From NCBI GenBank assembly GCA_035760805.1, contig DASTSG010000047.1, positions 1,924-65,923 on the forward strand: 64,000 nt of DNA, in the 5' to 3' direction. This document shows, one piece after another, positions 16,715 to 25,911 of this stretch. This stretch comes from Pseudolabrys sp. (GTDB lineage: Bacteria; Pseudomonadota; Alphaproteobacteria; Rhizobiales; Xanthobacteraceae). How positions within the stretch are numbered: the first letter of the stretch is position 1; every line of letters begins with the position of its first letter. The notes under the pieces were generated by a model that ran no database searches, was not told where the DNA came from, and was given only the letters and a program-made list of their open reading frames with translations. A program made the translations under genes and the position numbers.

Positions 16715-16927
16715 GATCCTGTCAGGGCTTAGGCCTCTTCGTCCCAAATCGATCCATGCACGCTGTTCACACGGGCAACGCGGCGAGGGTAGCGCGGCGT
16801 TAAGGATGCGCTTCTTTGGTGGCGAATAAGAGAATGGTGCGAGCCCGGAATTTACCGGGTTTTGGTCGTTTGCCCGTCAAACTCCCCGGCAATAACGGGC
16901 GCCAAGCGCAACGGAGATGACGGGGAC

Positions 16928-17302
16928 ATGGACCAGCTTGCATACCGGGAGATTGATGTCGCGCCGAGGGCGAGCGGACCGGTATCGATCGATCGTGCTC
17001 ACCTTTCGCAGATGACGCTGGGCGATCGCACGCTCGAGCGCGAGGTGCTGGAACTGTTCGACCGGCAGGCTGAAATGCTTGTCGCGCGTATGGACAAGGT
17101 GGCGTCCGCCTGCGTGCCGCCACTCGCGCACACGTTGAAAGGCTCGGCGCGCGGCATTGGCGCATGGGATGTGGCAACCGCGGCAGAAGCGCTTGAACTG
17201 GCAGACGGCTCTGCCGTGGAGTTCGAGGCGGCCAAGCGCCGGCTTGCAGGCGCCGTCCGCAACGCGCGGAAGGCAATCGCCGAACTGCTGCGCGCGCATT
17301 AA
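16928..17302 (+). CDS. single-domain Hpt (histidine phosphotransfer) protein
   Basis: Inside ORF 16862..17302. ATG 16928 (MDQLAYRE) has GGAGATGACGGGGAC upstream. Phosphorylatable-His motif HTLKGSARGIGA is present. Confidence 0.85.
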   Translation: MDQLAYREIDVAPRASGPVSIDRAHLSQMTLGDRTLEREVLELFDRQAEMLVARMDKVASACVPPLAHTLKGSARGIGAWDVATAAEALELADGSAVEFEAAKRRLAGAVRNARKAIAELLRAH

Positions 17303-17485
17303 ATCGTCGCGCAACGCGCAAAACGTCACTGCCGCCGGCTTCAATCGTCGCGTGAGGCGGGAAAGCACAGGTCCGTCTGTTTATTTGCGCCGGCCTATAG
17401 CCTAACGAAGGGTTGGCGCGGCGCGTTCTTAGCCTATATTAGATGTCGGCCCGGCGTTTTGCCGGGCATCCTTTTGTCCGACGTC

Positions 17486-17806
17486 ATGCCGAAAATCACC
17501 TATATCGATTCCAGCGGGACCTCACGCACGGCCGAAGCAGAAGTCGGGGCGACCGTCATGGAGACGGCGATCCGCAACAATATTCCCGGGATCGAGGCCG
17601 AGTGTGGTGGAGCCTGCGCCTGTGCCACGTGCCACGTCTATGTGGACGAGAACTGGCGGGAAAAAGTCGGCGAGCCTTCGCCGATGGAAGAGGACATGCT
17701 CGATTTCGGCTACGACGTGCGGTCGAATTCGCGGCTTTCCTGCCAGATAAAAGTCACTGATGAACTCGACGGGCTCGTCGTGACAACGCCGGAAAGGCAG
17801 GCGTAG
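17486..17806 (+). CDS. [2Fe-2S] ferredoxin, adrenodoxin/putidaredoxin type
   Basis: Inside ORF 17459..17806, starting [11 protein letters not shown]. Cluster ligands [11 protein letters not shown] plus the distal C in RLSCQI are present. Confidence 0.9.
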   Translation: MPKITYIDSSGTSRTAEAEVGATVMETAIRNNIPGIEAECGGACACATCHVYVDENWREKVGEPSPMEEDMLDFGYDVRSNSRLSCQIKVTDELDGLVVTTPERQA

Positions 17807-17902
17807 TCTCCGCGATCCCTTGTGGGTGAGTGTGCTGTGAAGCCGTCTGGTCGGCCGACGCCGCGCCTTTCGCCCATGAAACGATCCGGACGGACGTAGC
17901 CG

Positions 17903-19129
17903 ATGGCCGTGCAGTCGATCGAAACTACTTGTTGCGTCGTCGGCGGCGGACCGGCCGGCATGATGCTCGGCTTTCTGCTTGCGCGCGCGGGCGTGCGCGT
18001 AACGGTTCTGGAAAAACACGCCGATTTCCTGCGCGACTTCCGCGGCGATACCGTGCACCCGTCGACACTCGAATTGATGCATGAACTCGGGTTGCTCGAC
18101 GAATTTCTGAAGCTGCCACATTCAGAGATCAGCCACGTCACGATGCAGGTCGGCGATGAGCGCGTGCTAATCGGCAACTTCGATACACTGCCGACGAAAT
18201 GTCACTACATCGCGCTGATGCCGCAGTGGAATTTCCTCAATTTTCTGGCCGAGCACGGGAAACGCTACCGGACCTTCGATCTGCACATGCTGACGGAAGC
18301 GACGGACCTGATCGAGGACGGCGGGCGCGTTGCCGGCGTGCGTGCGAAAACACCTGACGGCGAGTTTCAGATAAAGGCCGATTTGGTCGTCGGCTGCGAC
18401 GGCCGTCACTCGACCGTGCGCGAGCGGGGCGGATTCAAGGTGGTCGATCTTGGTGCACCGATGGACGTGCTCTGGTTTCGGCTCTCGCGCAGGCCGGACG
18501 ACACCGATGAAGTCTTCGGCCATGTCGAGGCTGGCCGCATGATGGTGATGCTCAACCGCGGCGATTACTGGCAATGCGCCTATGTGATTCCAAAAGGAGG
18601 CATCGACCGCGTTAAGAGCGCCGGACTCGACAAGTTTCGCCGGACAGTGGCGGAGATTTCGCCCTTCGTGCGCGACCGCGTCGATGAGGTAAAGAGCTGG
18701 GACGACGTCAAGCTCCTCACCGTTGCCGTCGACCGGTTGGAGCGTTGGTATCGGACGGGCCTTTTGTGCATCGGCGATGCCGCGCATGCGATGTCGCCAA
18801 TCGGCGGCGTCGGCATCAATCTTGCGATTCAGGACGCCGTCGCTGCGGCCAACATTTTGGCACAGCCACTGCGAAATGGATCGGTGTCCGTCGAAACGCT
18901 TGAAGCCGTGCAGCGGCGGCGGATGTTCGCGACGCGGATCATTCAAACCATGCAAATCGTGATGCAGAACCGGCTGATTGCGCCGGCTCTGATCGAGGGC
19001 AAGCGCCCGAAGGCGCCGCTCATACTCAAGATGATGCAGTGGCCGTTCTTCAATCGCATTCCGGCGCGTTTTTTTGGATTGGGCGTGCGGCGCGAGCGCA
19101 TTCAGACGCCCGATATTGCGCGCGGATAG
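17903..19129 (+). CDS. FAD-dependent monooxygenase/oxidoreductase (UbiH/PheA-like fold)
   Basis: ORF track, 408 aa. GxGxxG motif (VVGGGPAGMMLG) and the later GDAAH motif (CIGDAAHAMSPIGGVGIN) are present. Confidence 0.85.
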   Translation: MAVQSIETTCCVVGGGPAGMMLGFLLARAGVRVTVLEKHADFLRDFRGDTVHPSTLELMHELGLLDEFLKLPHSEISHVTMQVGDERVLIGNFDTLPTKCHYIALMPQWNFLNFLAEHGKRYRTFDLHMLTEATDLIEDGGRVAGVRAKTPDGEFQIKADLVVGCDGRHSTVRERGGFKVVDLGAPMDVLWFRLSRRPDDTDEVFGHVEAGRMMVMLNRGDYWQCAYVIPKGGIDRVKSAGLDKFRRTVAEISPFVRDRVDEVKSWDDVKLLTVAVDRLERWYRTGLLCIGDAAHAMSPIGGVGINLAIQDAVAAANILAQPLRNGSVSVETLEAVQRRRMFATRIIQTMQIVMQNRLIAPALIEGKRPKAPLILKMMQWPFFNRIPARFFGLGVRRERIQTPDIARG

Positions 19130-19140
19130 CGTAGCGTATT

Positions 19141-19887
19141 TTACGGCTGCATCCCCGCCGGCGCGACCTGTGACGACTTCAAGCCCATTTCATCGAGTGC
19201 CTTGCGGACGAGGCCATTGCCGATCGCCTCGTCGATGAAGGTGCTGACATAAGCAAGTGCATCGGGCTTGCCTTTCGGCAGCGCAATGGCCGTGCACGAA
19301 TTCAGAAAGCCGCCATCGAGAATGCGCGAGCCGGGCACCTTTGCCTGGAGGCCCGTTAGTGACTCGCGCGAGAACGCGACCGCATCGAGCTTGCCTTCGC
19401 GCAGTGCTTCGACCGCGGCATCGGCCTTGTCGAATGCAACATGCGTCGCGTTCGGCGCGCTGCGGTTGGAGGCGCGGAAGGTGGCAGTGTTGGCGATGCC
19501 GCCGATGCGTACGCCCGCGGTATTGGCGGTGGCTACGGAGTCGAACTTCGCGCCCGGACGCACGAGATAGGTGCTTTGCAGCAGATGGTAGGCATGCCCG
19601 AAGTCGACGAATTTCTTGCGTTCTTCATCGACCGGCATGAAGGCGACATCCCACTTGCCGCTCGCCGCCGAATTCTGCACTTCGCCGGAAGCGTTAAACA
19701 CGATGAGTTCGCTCTCCACACCAAGCTTGTTCGCCAGCGCCCGGCCAAGCGTCACGGCGACGCCGCGATAGCCCTTGTCATCCTTGATGGCGAATTGCGC
19801 GGAGGGCGCCGGGGCAACTGCGATAGCAATGCGAAGCTTGCCGGTCGGAACGAGCTGCTGCAAAACCGAAGTGGGCGCATTGGCCAT
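19141..19887 (-). CDS. family-3 solute-binding-protein-like protein lacking a signal peptide
   Basis: ORF track, 248 aa, with SBP_bac_3-like sequence (GKLRIAIA..., FVDFGHAYH...). ATG 19887 has GGAG 11 nt upstream. Only 42 nt separate it from the upstream gene, and no in-frame extension exists to supply a leader. Confidence 0.75.
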   Translation of the reverse strand: MANAPTSVLQQLVPTGKLRIAIAVAPAPSAQFAIKDDKGYRGVAVTLGRALANKLGVESELIVFNASGEVQNSAASGKWDVAFMPVDEERKKFVDFGHAYHLLQSTYLVRPGAKFDSVATANTAGVRIGGIANTATFRASNRSAPNATHVAFDKADAAVEALREGKLDAVAFSRESLTGLQAKVPGSRILDGGFLNSCTAIALPKGKPDALAYVSTFIDEAIGNGLVRKALDEMGLKSSQVAPAGMQP

Positions 19888-19929
19888 CGTGACAAACTCC
19901 AGTGGAAGGTAGAGGGAATCGCGTCGAGC

Positions 19930-21282
19930 TTAGGTCAAATCGGAGGCGCGCCCAATACGCTCAAGAACGAGACGCGACGTGGCGACGATTACGACCATCG
20001 TGGCAAGCCAGACGATGCGGGCGCCATAACGGTCGTGCGGATTGGACAGCGCACCGCACACGAAGGCATTGGCGAGAATTGCAAGTGCGACGGCGGCGGC
20101 GAGCTCGCCCACCGGTGAAGGCTCCCTTCGACGCGAGGCAACAATGCAAATCACCGGCAGCAGCGCCATGGAGAGAAGGCCCACCGGCCAGTGCAGCATG
20201 TTGATCGCCTCGAATGAAATCCCGTCTTTCTGCTGCCGCGCGGCCCGCATCGCGGGAACGGCCCAGGGGACGTGGTCGTCGATGATCGCGTAGGTGTGCC
20301 AGATCGAATTGAGCACGCCTTCGCCGGTGCGGACATCGACGAGTTGCTTGGCGGTTGCGACGGCTGCAGTTTCGATCTGCATGATCGGATAGTCGATCAG
20401 GCTTTCCAGCGCGATTCTTTGCATTTCGCCGCCGAGACCGGCGAAGCGGCCGAGCTTGTCGAACAGATCGCTGCCCCAGAACCAGACGTCGGCATCGCGC
20501 GGAAGCTCGTCCTTGTAGGCACAGAGGCGCAACGTCGGATCGGGACAGTGCTCGTTCAGATAGCGCGCAACAATACCGTCCTGCAGCATCCGGCCGAAGG
20601 AAAGCGCGAAGCCGCCCGGCGTCCACGCGAGCCTTCCTGCGACGAGAAAATCAGCGGCGAACACCATGACCGCCCCGAGCGCCAGCGCGGCAATGCCGCG
20701 TGCGATTCCGCTGAGCGGCATACGCGCGCGAATGATGAGGCCGATCAAAATACCGGCGGCAAGGATTGCAAGCTGGACGGCAAGTGTCGCGCTGTGCGTT
20801 GCCGCCGCAAAAGCGGTGAGCACAATGAGCGCGACGCGTTCCCATCGCTGCAAGCTGCCGCCGTGGATCACGAGCAGGTAAAGCGCGAGCACACCTACGC
20901 CGCAGAAGATATCGGTGAGCAAAATTGATGCGAGCCAGGGCAGGGTGGTAAGCACCGAGAGTGCCGCGACGATTGCGAGCAAGAGCCATGGCCGATTGCC
21001 GAGGCCGTGCGTGCGCAGAACGAGCGCAATCACCCACACGGTCAAGGCGGCCTGCAGCGCGACGACAGGCCAGAATTCGAGTGCGGCTCCCGCGTTGAGG
21101 ATCAAGCCATAGACGACAGCACGGCTCGGAACCAGCGTTCCCTCGTACCAGCGCGCGAGATAGCCACCGGTATCCCATTGCAACAGCGGAAAGCCGTTCC
21201 AGATCGCGGGCGATTGCAACAGCAGCCAGCTTGCGCCCGCCGCAAATATTCGGGGTTCCAGAGCTCGACTGCGCAGCTGCAT
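19930..21282 (-). CDS. polytopic membrane protein of unknown function (possibly GT-C-like)
   Basis: ORF track, 450 aa. About 9-10 hydrophobic segments plus a ~130-aa soluble loop (RYLNEHCPDPTLRLCAYKDELPRDADVWFWG). The family assignment is a guess. Confidence 0.7.
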   Translation of the reverse strand: MQLRSRALEPRIFAAGASWLLLQSPAIWNGFPLLQWDTGGYLARWYEGTLVPSRAVVYGLILNAGAALEFWPVVALQAALTVWVIALVLRTHGLGNRPWLLLAIVAALSVLTTLPWLASILLTDIFCGVGVLALYLLVIHGGSLQRWERVALIVLTAFAAATHSATLAVQLAILAAGILIGLIIRARMPLSGIARGIAALALGAVMVFAADFLVAGRLAWTPGGFALSFGRMLQDGIVARYLNEHCPDPTLRLCAYKDELPRDADVWFWGSDLFDKLGRFAGLGGEMQRIALESLIDYPIMQIETAAVATAKQLVDVRTGEGVLNSIWHTYAIIDDHVPWAVPAMRAARQQKDGISFEAINMLHWPVGLLSMALLPVICIVASRRREPSPVGELAAAVALAILANAFVCGALSNPHDRYGARIVWLATMVVIVATSRLVLERIGRASDLT

Positions 21283-21366
21283 CCGTGTGGCGCCCCATCC
21301 GGCAACGGCGTTTGTTAGCGGCTTGACGGGACGGGGGCTAGGACGAATTCTGCCAGCGACACTGTC

Positions 21367-21447
21367 ATGGCCGGGCGCTTGGCCCGGCCATCCGATCGGG
21401 GGCGCAGTGCCCTCCTAAGCGACATGGCCGGGGAAAGCCCGTCCATG
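21367..21447. repeat. two REP-like hairpins sharing a CATGGCCGGG core
   Basis: 21367-21391 ATGGCCGGGCgcttgGCCCGGCCAT is a perfect 10-bp stem. 21423-21447 CATGGCCGGGgaaagCCCGTCCATG is a 9/10 stem. Both lie upstream of the VWA gene. Confidence 0.5.
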
Positions 21448-21455
21448 ACAACTCG

Positions 21456-22631
21456 ATGTTCGTCACCTTCTTCACCGAGCTCAAAAGCGCTGGCGTGCCG
21501 GTGACGCTACGCGAGTATCTCACGCTGATGCAGGCGATGGATGCCGATCTCGCCTCGCGGCGAGTCGAGGATTTTTATTACTTGTCGCGCGCGGCGCTGG
21601 TGAAAGACGAGCGCAATCTCGACAAGTTCGACCGCGTATTCGGCCACGTGTTCAAAGGGCTGGAGCTCCTCAGCGACGCAATCGAAGCGGAAATACCGGC
21701 CGAATGGCTGAAGAAGCTCGCCGAGAAATATCTCAGCGGAGAAGAAAAGAAGCAGATCGAGGCGATGGGCGGACTCGACAAATTGCTCGAGACGCTGCGA
21801 AATCGGCTCGCCGAACAGAAAGGACGGCACCAGGGCGGCTCGAAATGGATCGGCACAGCCGGCACCTCGCCCTTCGGCGCCTACGGCTACAATCCGGAAG
21901 GCGTGCGCATCGGCCAGGACGAAGGCCGTAACCGACGTGCCGTGAAAGTCTGGGACAAGCGCGAATTCAAGGATCTCGACGACGAGGTCGAACTCGGCAC
22001 GCGCAACATCAAGCTCGCGCTACGCCGTCTGCGCAAGTTCGCGCGGACCGGCCTGGCCGAAGAGCTCGATCTCGACGGCACCATCAAAGGCACCGCGCAC
22101 AAGGGCTATCTCGATATTCTCATGCGCCCCGAGCGGCACAATGCAGTGAAGGTGCTTTTGTTTTTCGACATCGGCGGTTCGATGGACTGGTATATCAAAA
22201 GCACCGAGGAATTGTTTTCGGCTGCGCGCGCTGAATTCAAGCACATGGAATATTTCTACTTCCACAACTGCATCTACGAGAAAGTGTGGAAGGAAAACCG
22301 GCGCCGTTTCCAGGAGACGACGCCGACATGGGATGTGCTGCACACCTATCCGCACGACTACAAGGTGATTTTCGTCGGTGACGCGTCGATGTCGCCTTAC
22401 GAGATCATGACGCCGGGTGGCTCAGTCGAGCACTACAACGAGGAAGCGGGCGCCGTGTGGATGGAGCGCGTAACGCGCACCTATCCGGCCTGCGTGTGGC
22501 TCAATCCGGTGCCCGAGCGCGAATGGCAGACGACGCACTCGATTGCGCTCGTGCGTCAGCTTATGGGCGGACGCATGTATCCGCTGACGCTTGAGGGATT
22601 GGACCGCGCCATGCGGGAGTTGGTGCGGTGA
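21456..22631 (+). CDS. VWA domain-containing CoxE-like protein
   Basis: ORF track, 391 aa. N-terminus MFVTFFTELKSAGVPVTLREYLTLM is typical of the CoxE-like family. A VWA MIDAS-like motif FFDIGGSM is present. Confidence 0.85.
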   Translation: MFVTFFTELKSAGVPVTLREYLTLMQAMDADLASRRVEDFYYLSRAALVKDERNLDKFDRVFGHVFKGLELLSDAIEAEIPAEWLKKLAEKYLSGEEKKQIEAMGGLDKLLETLRNRLAEQKGRHQGGSKWIGTAGTSPFGAYGYNPEGVRIGQDEGRNRRAVKVWDKREFKDLDDEVELGTRNIKLALRRLRKFARTGLAEELDLDGTIKGTAHKGYLDILMRPERHNAVKVLLFFDIGGSMDWYIKSTEELFSAARAEFKHMEYFYFHNCIYEKVWKENRRRFQETTPTWDVLHTYPHDYKVIFVGDASMSPYEIMTPGGSVEHYNEEAGAVWMERVTRTYPACVWLNPVPEREWQTTHSIALVRQLMGGRMYPLTLEGLDRAMRELVR

Positions 22632-22687
22632 TGACCCCTCTCGCGCGCGGGAGAGGGGCCGTTGCAATCATTCCGGGGATGAAAGAA

Positions 22688-23311
22688 TCAGCAGCCGCCG
22701 CCGACCGTGCCGGTGCCGTTGGTGGCAGGTATCGATGTGGAGTTGCTGCCGAGTCCGGTGGTCGCGTTCGAACTGTTGAGCGAATTGTTGCTGCTCAGGT
22801 TCGTGTTTGACGATGCGGTGCCGGGCGTCGAACTGTTCGGATTGACCGGCGTCGTTCCTGAAGGATTGGTGGACTGCGTACCGGGCTGATTGGTTGCGGC
22901 CAGATTGCTGCCCGTTCCGTTTGACGTTGACGAGCCCACCGTCGCGTTGCCGCACGGTTGTCCATTGATACCGGTGCGGCCGGCGCTCGACGGCGTGTTG
23001 ATCCCGCCCATGCTTCCCGATGACGGTGTTCCGGGCGTCGAACTGTTGGTGGAAGGTGCGCCGGTGTTGCTGGGAATGCTGTTCGGGTGACCGAGGCTCC
23101 CGTTGAAGCCGCCTGTCCCTGCAGATCCGCCGGCGCCCGTCGTGCCGACGCCGCCAGATGTGCCACCCACACTGCCGGCACCCCCGCCGGCAGCACCACT
23201 AGTTCCTGCGCCGCCTGCGCCACCGCTACCCGCCGCCATTGCGATTCCGGAGGCGCCGGCGATCAGGACCGCCGCAGCAGCGGAAAAAAGAAGATGTCGT
23301 GTTTGTGCCAT
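22688..23311 (-). CDS. secreted Gly/Ser/Thr/Asn-rich low-complexity protein
   Basis: ORF track, 207 aa. Signal peptide MAQTRHLLFSAAAAVLIAGASGIAMA is followed by ~180 aa made almost only of G/S/T/N/A/P and ending GGGC. Coding status rests on the signal peptide and ORF length alone. Confidence 0.6.
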   Translation of the reverse strand: MAQTRHLLFSAAAAVLIAGASGIAMAAGSGGAGGAGTSGAAGGGAGSVGGTSGGVGTTGAGGSAGTGGFNGSLGHPNSIPSNTGAPSTNSSTPGTPSSGSMGGINTPSSAGRTGINGQPCGNATVGSSTSNGTGSNLAATNQPGTQSTNPSGTTPVNPNSSTPGTASSNTNLSSNNSLNSSNATTGLGSNSTSIPATNGTGTVGGGC

Positions 23312-23439
23312 CGTGAAACTCCCTCGTCGTGCAGACTTTGTCTGTCGCCAACGGGTGGTACGGCCGGGAGTTCCTGGGAAGCCGTCAAAGTCCTCAAGCT
23401 GTGAATGGAATTAGAATAGGCGGTAATCGCGTCGCGCTT

Positions 23440-23673
23440 TTATTTCCGCATGCGGCCGGAGGGGCCGCGTCCGAGCACCCCGTATTCCTCAGACTTCGCT
23501 CCAAACGCTGCGGCTTCAAACCCTTCGGCTGTCAGGCCGCGCTTCAACAGTTCACGCACCGCGGCCGCGCGGCTAGGCATCCGCTGTTTAAAGCGAAAGT
23601 CATCAAGCACCACAAGCTCTTCGGCCGAAAGCATAATTTGCAGCCGCTCTCCACGGCTACTGCTTGTTGCCAT
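23440..23673 (-). CDS. ribbon-helix-helix (CopG/Arc-like) protein
   Basis: ORF track, 77 aa. RLQIMLSAEELVVLDDFRFKQRMPSRAAAVRELLKRGL fits the strand-helix-helix pattern of RHH proteins common in alphaproteobacteria. Confidence 0.75.
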   Translation of the reverse strand: MATSSSRGERLQIMLSAEELVVLDDFRFKQRMPSRAAAVRELLKRGLTAEGFEAAAFGAKSEEYGVLGRGPSGRMRK

Positions 23674-23881
23674 GACACTTCTTCCAGCGGCAGGATTACT
23701 TACTCATTTTGAATATATGTCTCAATTTACGAGAATCAAGCTGCCTGCGGACATTCGTGGAAACATTCCAATTTAGGGTTCCGGGCCAATGGCGACTCCG
23801 CAATCAATGTAGCCGTTTGTGCCGAGTATGGTTGCAAAGAAACTGAATTGACGATCATTGCGCGAGGCGTACCGTGCCAGC

Positions 23882-24073
23882 ATGCAACACACTCAGCAAA
23901 CATCATCGGAAGCGATTACTGCAAAGTCGTGCGAGAGCTGCGGTGCGCCTATGCGCCTCGTCGGCACCGAACCGCACCCCATCTATCCCGACACGGACCT
24001 CTTTACGTACACATGCGTCGTCTGTGACGCGATTGAGGTGGTCTCGGTCCCGCTCCAAACACCTGCAGACTGA
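23882..24073 (+). CDS. small zinc-ribbon-like protein (CxxC...CxxC)
   Basis: Inside ORF 23858..24073, whose track start is TTG. ATG 23882 gives MQHTQQ.... Motifs CESCGAPMRL and CVVCDAIEV are present. A terminator hairpin follows. Confidence 0.5.
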   Translation: MQHTQQTSSEAITAKSCESCGAPMRLVGTEPHPIYPDTDLFTYTCVVCDAIEVVSVPLQTPAD

Positions 24074-24097
24074 TCGGTGCAGATCGTACGAATGAGA

Positions 24098-24130
24098 GCG
24101 CCGCCGGGTTAATGTCTGGCGGCGTTTTAT
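24098..24130 (+). terminator. rho-independent terminator
   Basis: GCGCCGCCgggttaatgtctGGCGGCGttttatatt, 25 nt after the stop at 24073. Confidence 0.6.
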
Positions 24131-24245
24131 ATTATGCGCCAGAGATGGAACGAATTGGCTCGCTTGTGCCTCTCGCATCGGCTGCTAACTTGCATGCCAA
24201 ATCGATTTGGCGCCCTTTTCCAGAACAGAAGTGATCGGAGAGCAA

Positions 24246-24737
24246 ATGATAAATCGCAAGTTCGCGTTTTTTGCTGCCGCGGCGCTCACGGTGGCTTTTT
24301 CGTTCCAGACCGCTAATGCGCAGCCCCGCCGCCATCCGCATGCGGTCGCTGCGAACCCTCGGGACCATAGTGAAAAGAAGCTTGCTGCCGTCTCACTCGG
24401 TGTCGGCGCAGCATCAACGGTTGGCACGCTCGCCATCAATAATTGGCACGTCAACCACTGGCACAACAGCAGCGGATTGACGGAAGCCGGGGCGTTCGCG
24501 CTGACGACGGTCGGCTGCATTGCTCTCTCGCCGATCGTTGCAACGATCGTGCTGGATCGGCCGCTCACGCAGCGCGAAGCGGGCGAGCTTGCCGGCTCGT
24601 GCATTATTCCGATCATCGGCGGCTGGATCGTCGGCGCGATGTACGATGCGCACCCGGAATGGGATCCGGAGGACGCCGCGCGCAGGCGAGGGCGTCCGGC
24701 GCGTCTATTTTCTCTCTTTTCGCCTGGCGACGAATAG
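24246..24737 (+). CDS. secreted/membrane hypothetical protein (His/Trp/Asn-rich segment, two TM helices)
   Basis: Inside ORF 24207..24737. ATG 24246 has GGAG upstream. Signal peptide MINRKFAFFAAAALTVAFSFQTANA, the motif NNWHVNHWHNSSG, then hydrophobic helices. The 3' end overlaps the convergent methyltransferase by 33 nt. Confidence 0.6.
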   Translation: MINRKFAFFAAAALTVAFSFQTANAQPRRHPHAVAANPRDHSEKKLAAVSLGVGAASTVGTLAINNWHVNHWHNSSGLTEAGAFALTTVGCIALSPIVATIVLDRPLTQREAGELAGSCIIPIIGGWIVGAMYDAHPEWDPEDAARRRGRPARLFSLFSPGDE

Positions 24738-25469
24738 ACCCTCTTCGAGTCGGAACGTCGGGGCGCTATCAACAGCGTCCGGCATCAGGAAGGCGCGCAC
24801 CTCGGGCGTTGCCTGCTTGAGCATCGCGCGCAGGAGTGCCTGCATCGTCGAATCGTGGCGCGACGCCCAGCTTGCAAATTCCATCTGCTTGTAGATTTGC
24901 TCTTCGTGCTCGATTGAGAATCCGGCGTTCGCCAGCGCGTCACGCCATTCTTCCATCGACCATGCCCGCAAATGACTTGGGTCGCGAAAGCGCTCGAAGG
25001 CGTTGACATAATCGCCGACACTGCCCGCCGGCACGACGTTGTCGACGAGCGCGAAGATGCCGTCCGGCTTGAGCACGCGATGCGTTTCGGTGAGAAAATC
25101 GGGAATGCTGTCGAAGTGATGCGGTGCGATGCGGCAGGTGACGAGATCGAACGTGGAGTCCTCGAAGGGTAGCGCCTCGGCTTTGGCGTAGCTGACGCGA
25201 ATATTGTCGAGCTTTCGCTTTTGCGCCTCGGCGCGCACCATTGTCAGCATTTCGTCCGTAATGTCGGTCGCCCAGACGCGCGCCACGTGCGGCGCAAATA
25301 CGTAGGCGACATGCCCGCCGCCTGTTGCAATGTCGAGCATGCGCCAATCCACGCTGGGCTGAACCAGTTCGACCAGCCGTTCCAGGCTTTTGCCTTTGGC
25401 GTGTGGCTTGCTGGTGAGATAGGTCGCGGCGGTTTTGCCGAACTGCTCCTGCACGAGAGTTTTGGACAT
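24705..25469 (-). CDS. class I SAM-dependent methyltransferase
   Basis: ORF track, 254 aa. SAM motif I LDIATGGGHVA and the post-I acidic residue (WATDITDEML) are present. Confidence 0.85.
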   Translation of the reverse strand: MSKTLVQEQFGKTAATYLTSKPHAKGKSLERLVELVQPSVDWRMLDIATGGGHVAYVFAPHVARVWATDITDEMLTMVRAEAQKRKLDNIRVSYAKAEALPFEDSTFDLVTCRIAPHHFDSIPDFLTETHRVLKPDGIFALVDNVVPAGSVGDYVNAFERFRDPSHLRAWSMEEWRDALANAGFSIEHEEQIYKQMEFASWASRHDSTMQALLRAMLKQATPEVRAFLMPDAVDSAPTFRLEEGLFVARRKERK

Positions 25470-25530
25470 GGCATATTCCGGTCGTTGCGGTGGGTGGACT
25501 ATACCGGAGGCAACGGAAAAACAGGACGCC

Positions 25531-25566
25531 GAAGAAAAGTGCCCCGCCTCTTTCTGAGCGGGACAC
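25531..25566 (-). terminator. probable rho-independent terminator (minus strand)
   Basis: The minus strand reads GTGTCCCGCtcagaaagagGCGGGGCACttttcttc, about 60 nt after the stop at 25625. Confidence 0.45.
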
Positions 25567-25624
25567 CGTTCGATGTCGTCACTTTCGGTATGTCGCCAAA
25601 GTAATACAGGGGCAACGATCCTGC

Positions 25625-25861
25625 TCAGCGCTGGCTGCCGTCGCCTCCACTCAAGTCGTCGTAGCCGTGCCGGCTGCTATAAAAGGCGAGCGCCATCAGC
25701 CCGCAACCGACAATCAGCGAGAACAGAATTCCGCCCGCCATCGCCAGATAGCCATAGACGGGGATTTCGGTATCGGCGAGCGTGGTCCACGCACGTACCG
25801 CGAACCACGCTGCAAGGACCAATATCGCGACAAGGGGAAGGAAATAGAGGAGCTTGTGCAT
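25625..25861 (-). CDS. small two-TM membrane protein
   Basis: Inside ORF 25625..25903. ATG 25861 (MHKLLYFLPLVAILVLAAWFAV...) gives two clear TM helices. Confidence 0.5.
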   Translation of the reverse strand: MHKLLYFLPLVAILVLAAWFAVRAWTTLADTEIPVYGYLAMAGGILFSLIVGCGLMALAFYSSRHGYDDLSGGDGSQR

Positions 25862-25911
25862 TGCCTTGATATAGACGCGGATCGGAAAATTGCCACGTCC
25901 CAAAATCCAAA

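Noticed and set aside
16928-17302. The idea that the orphan Hpt protein is ChpT, the CckA-to-CtrA phosphotransferase
   Set aside because: ChpT is a ~200-250-aa HisKA/CA-like dimeric protein, not a classical four-helix Hpt with an HTLKGS motif. Size and motif do not fit.
1679-17409. A shared 11-mer AGCCTAACGAA at 1679-1689 and 17399-17409, both intergenic
   Set aside because: Many 11-mer coincidences are expected in 2 x 64 kb, and the flanking sequences are unrelated.
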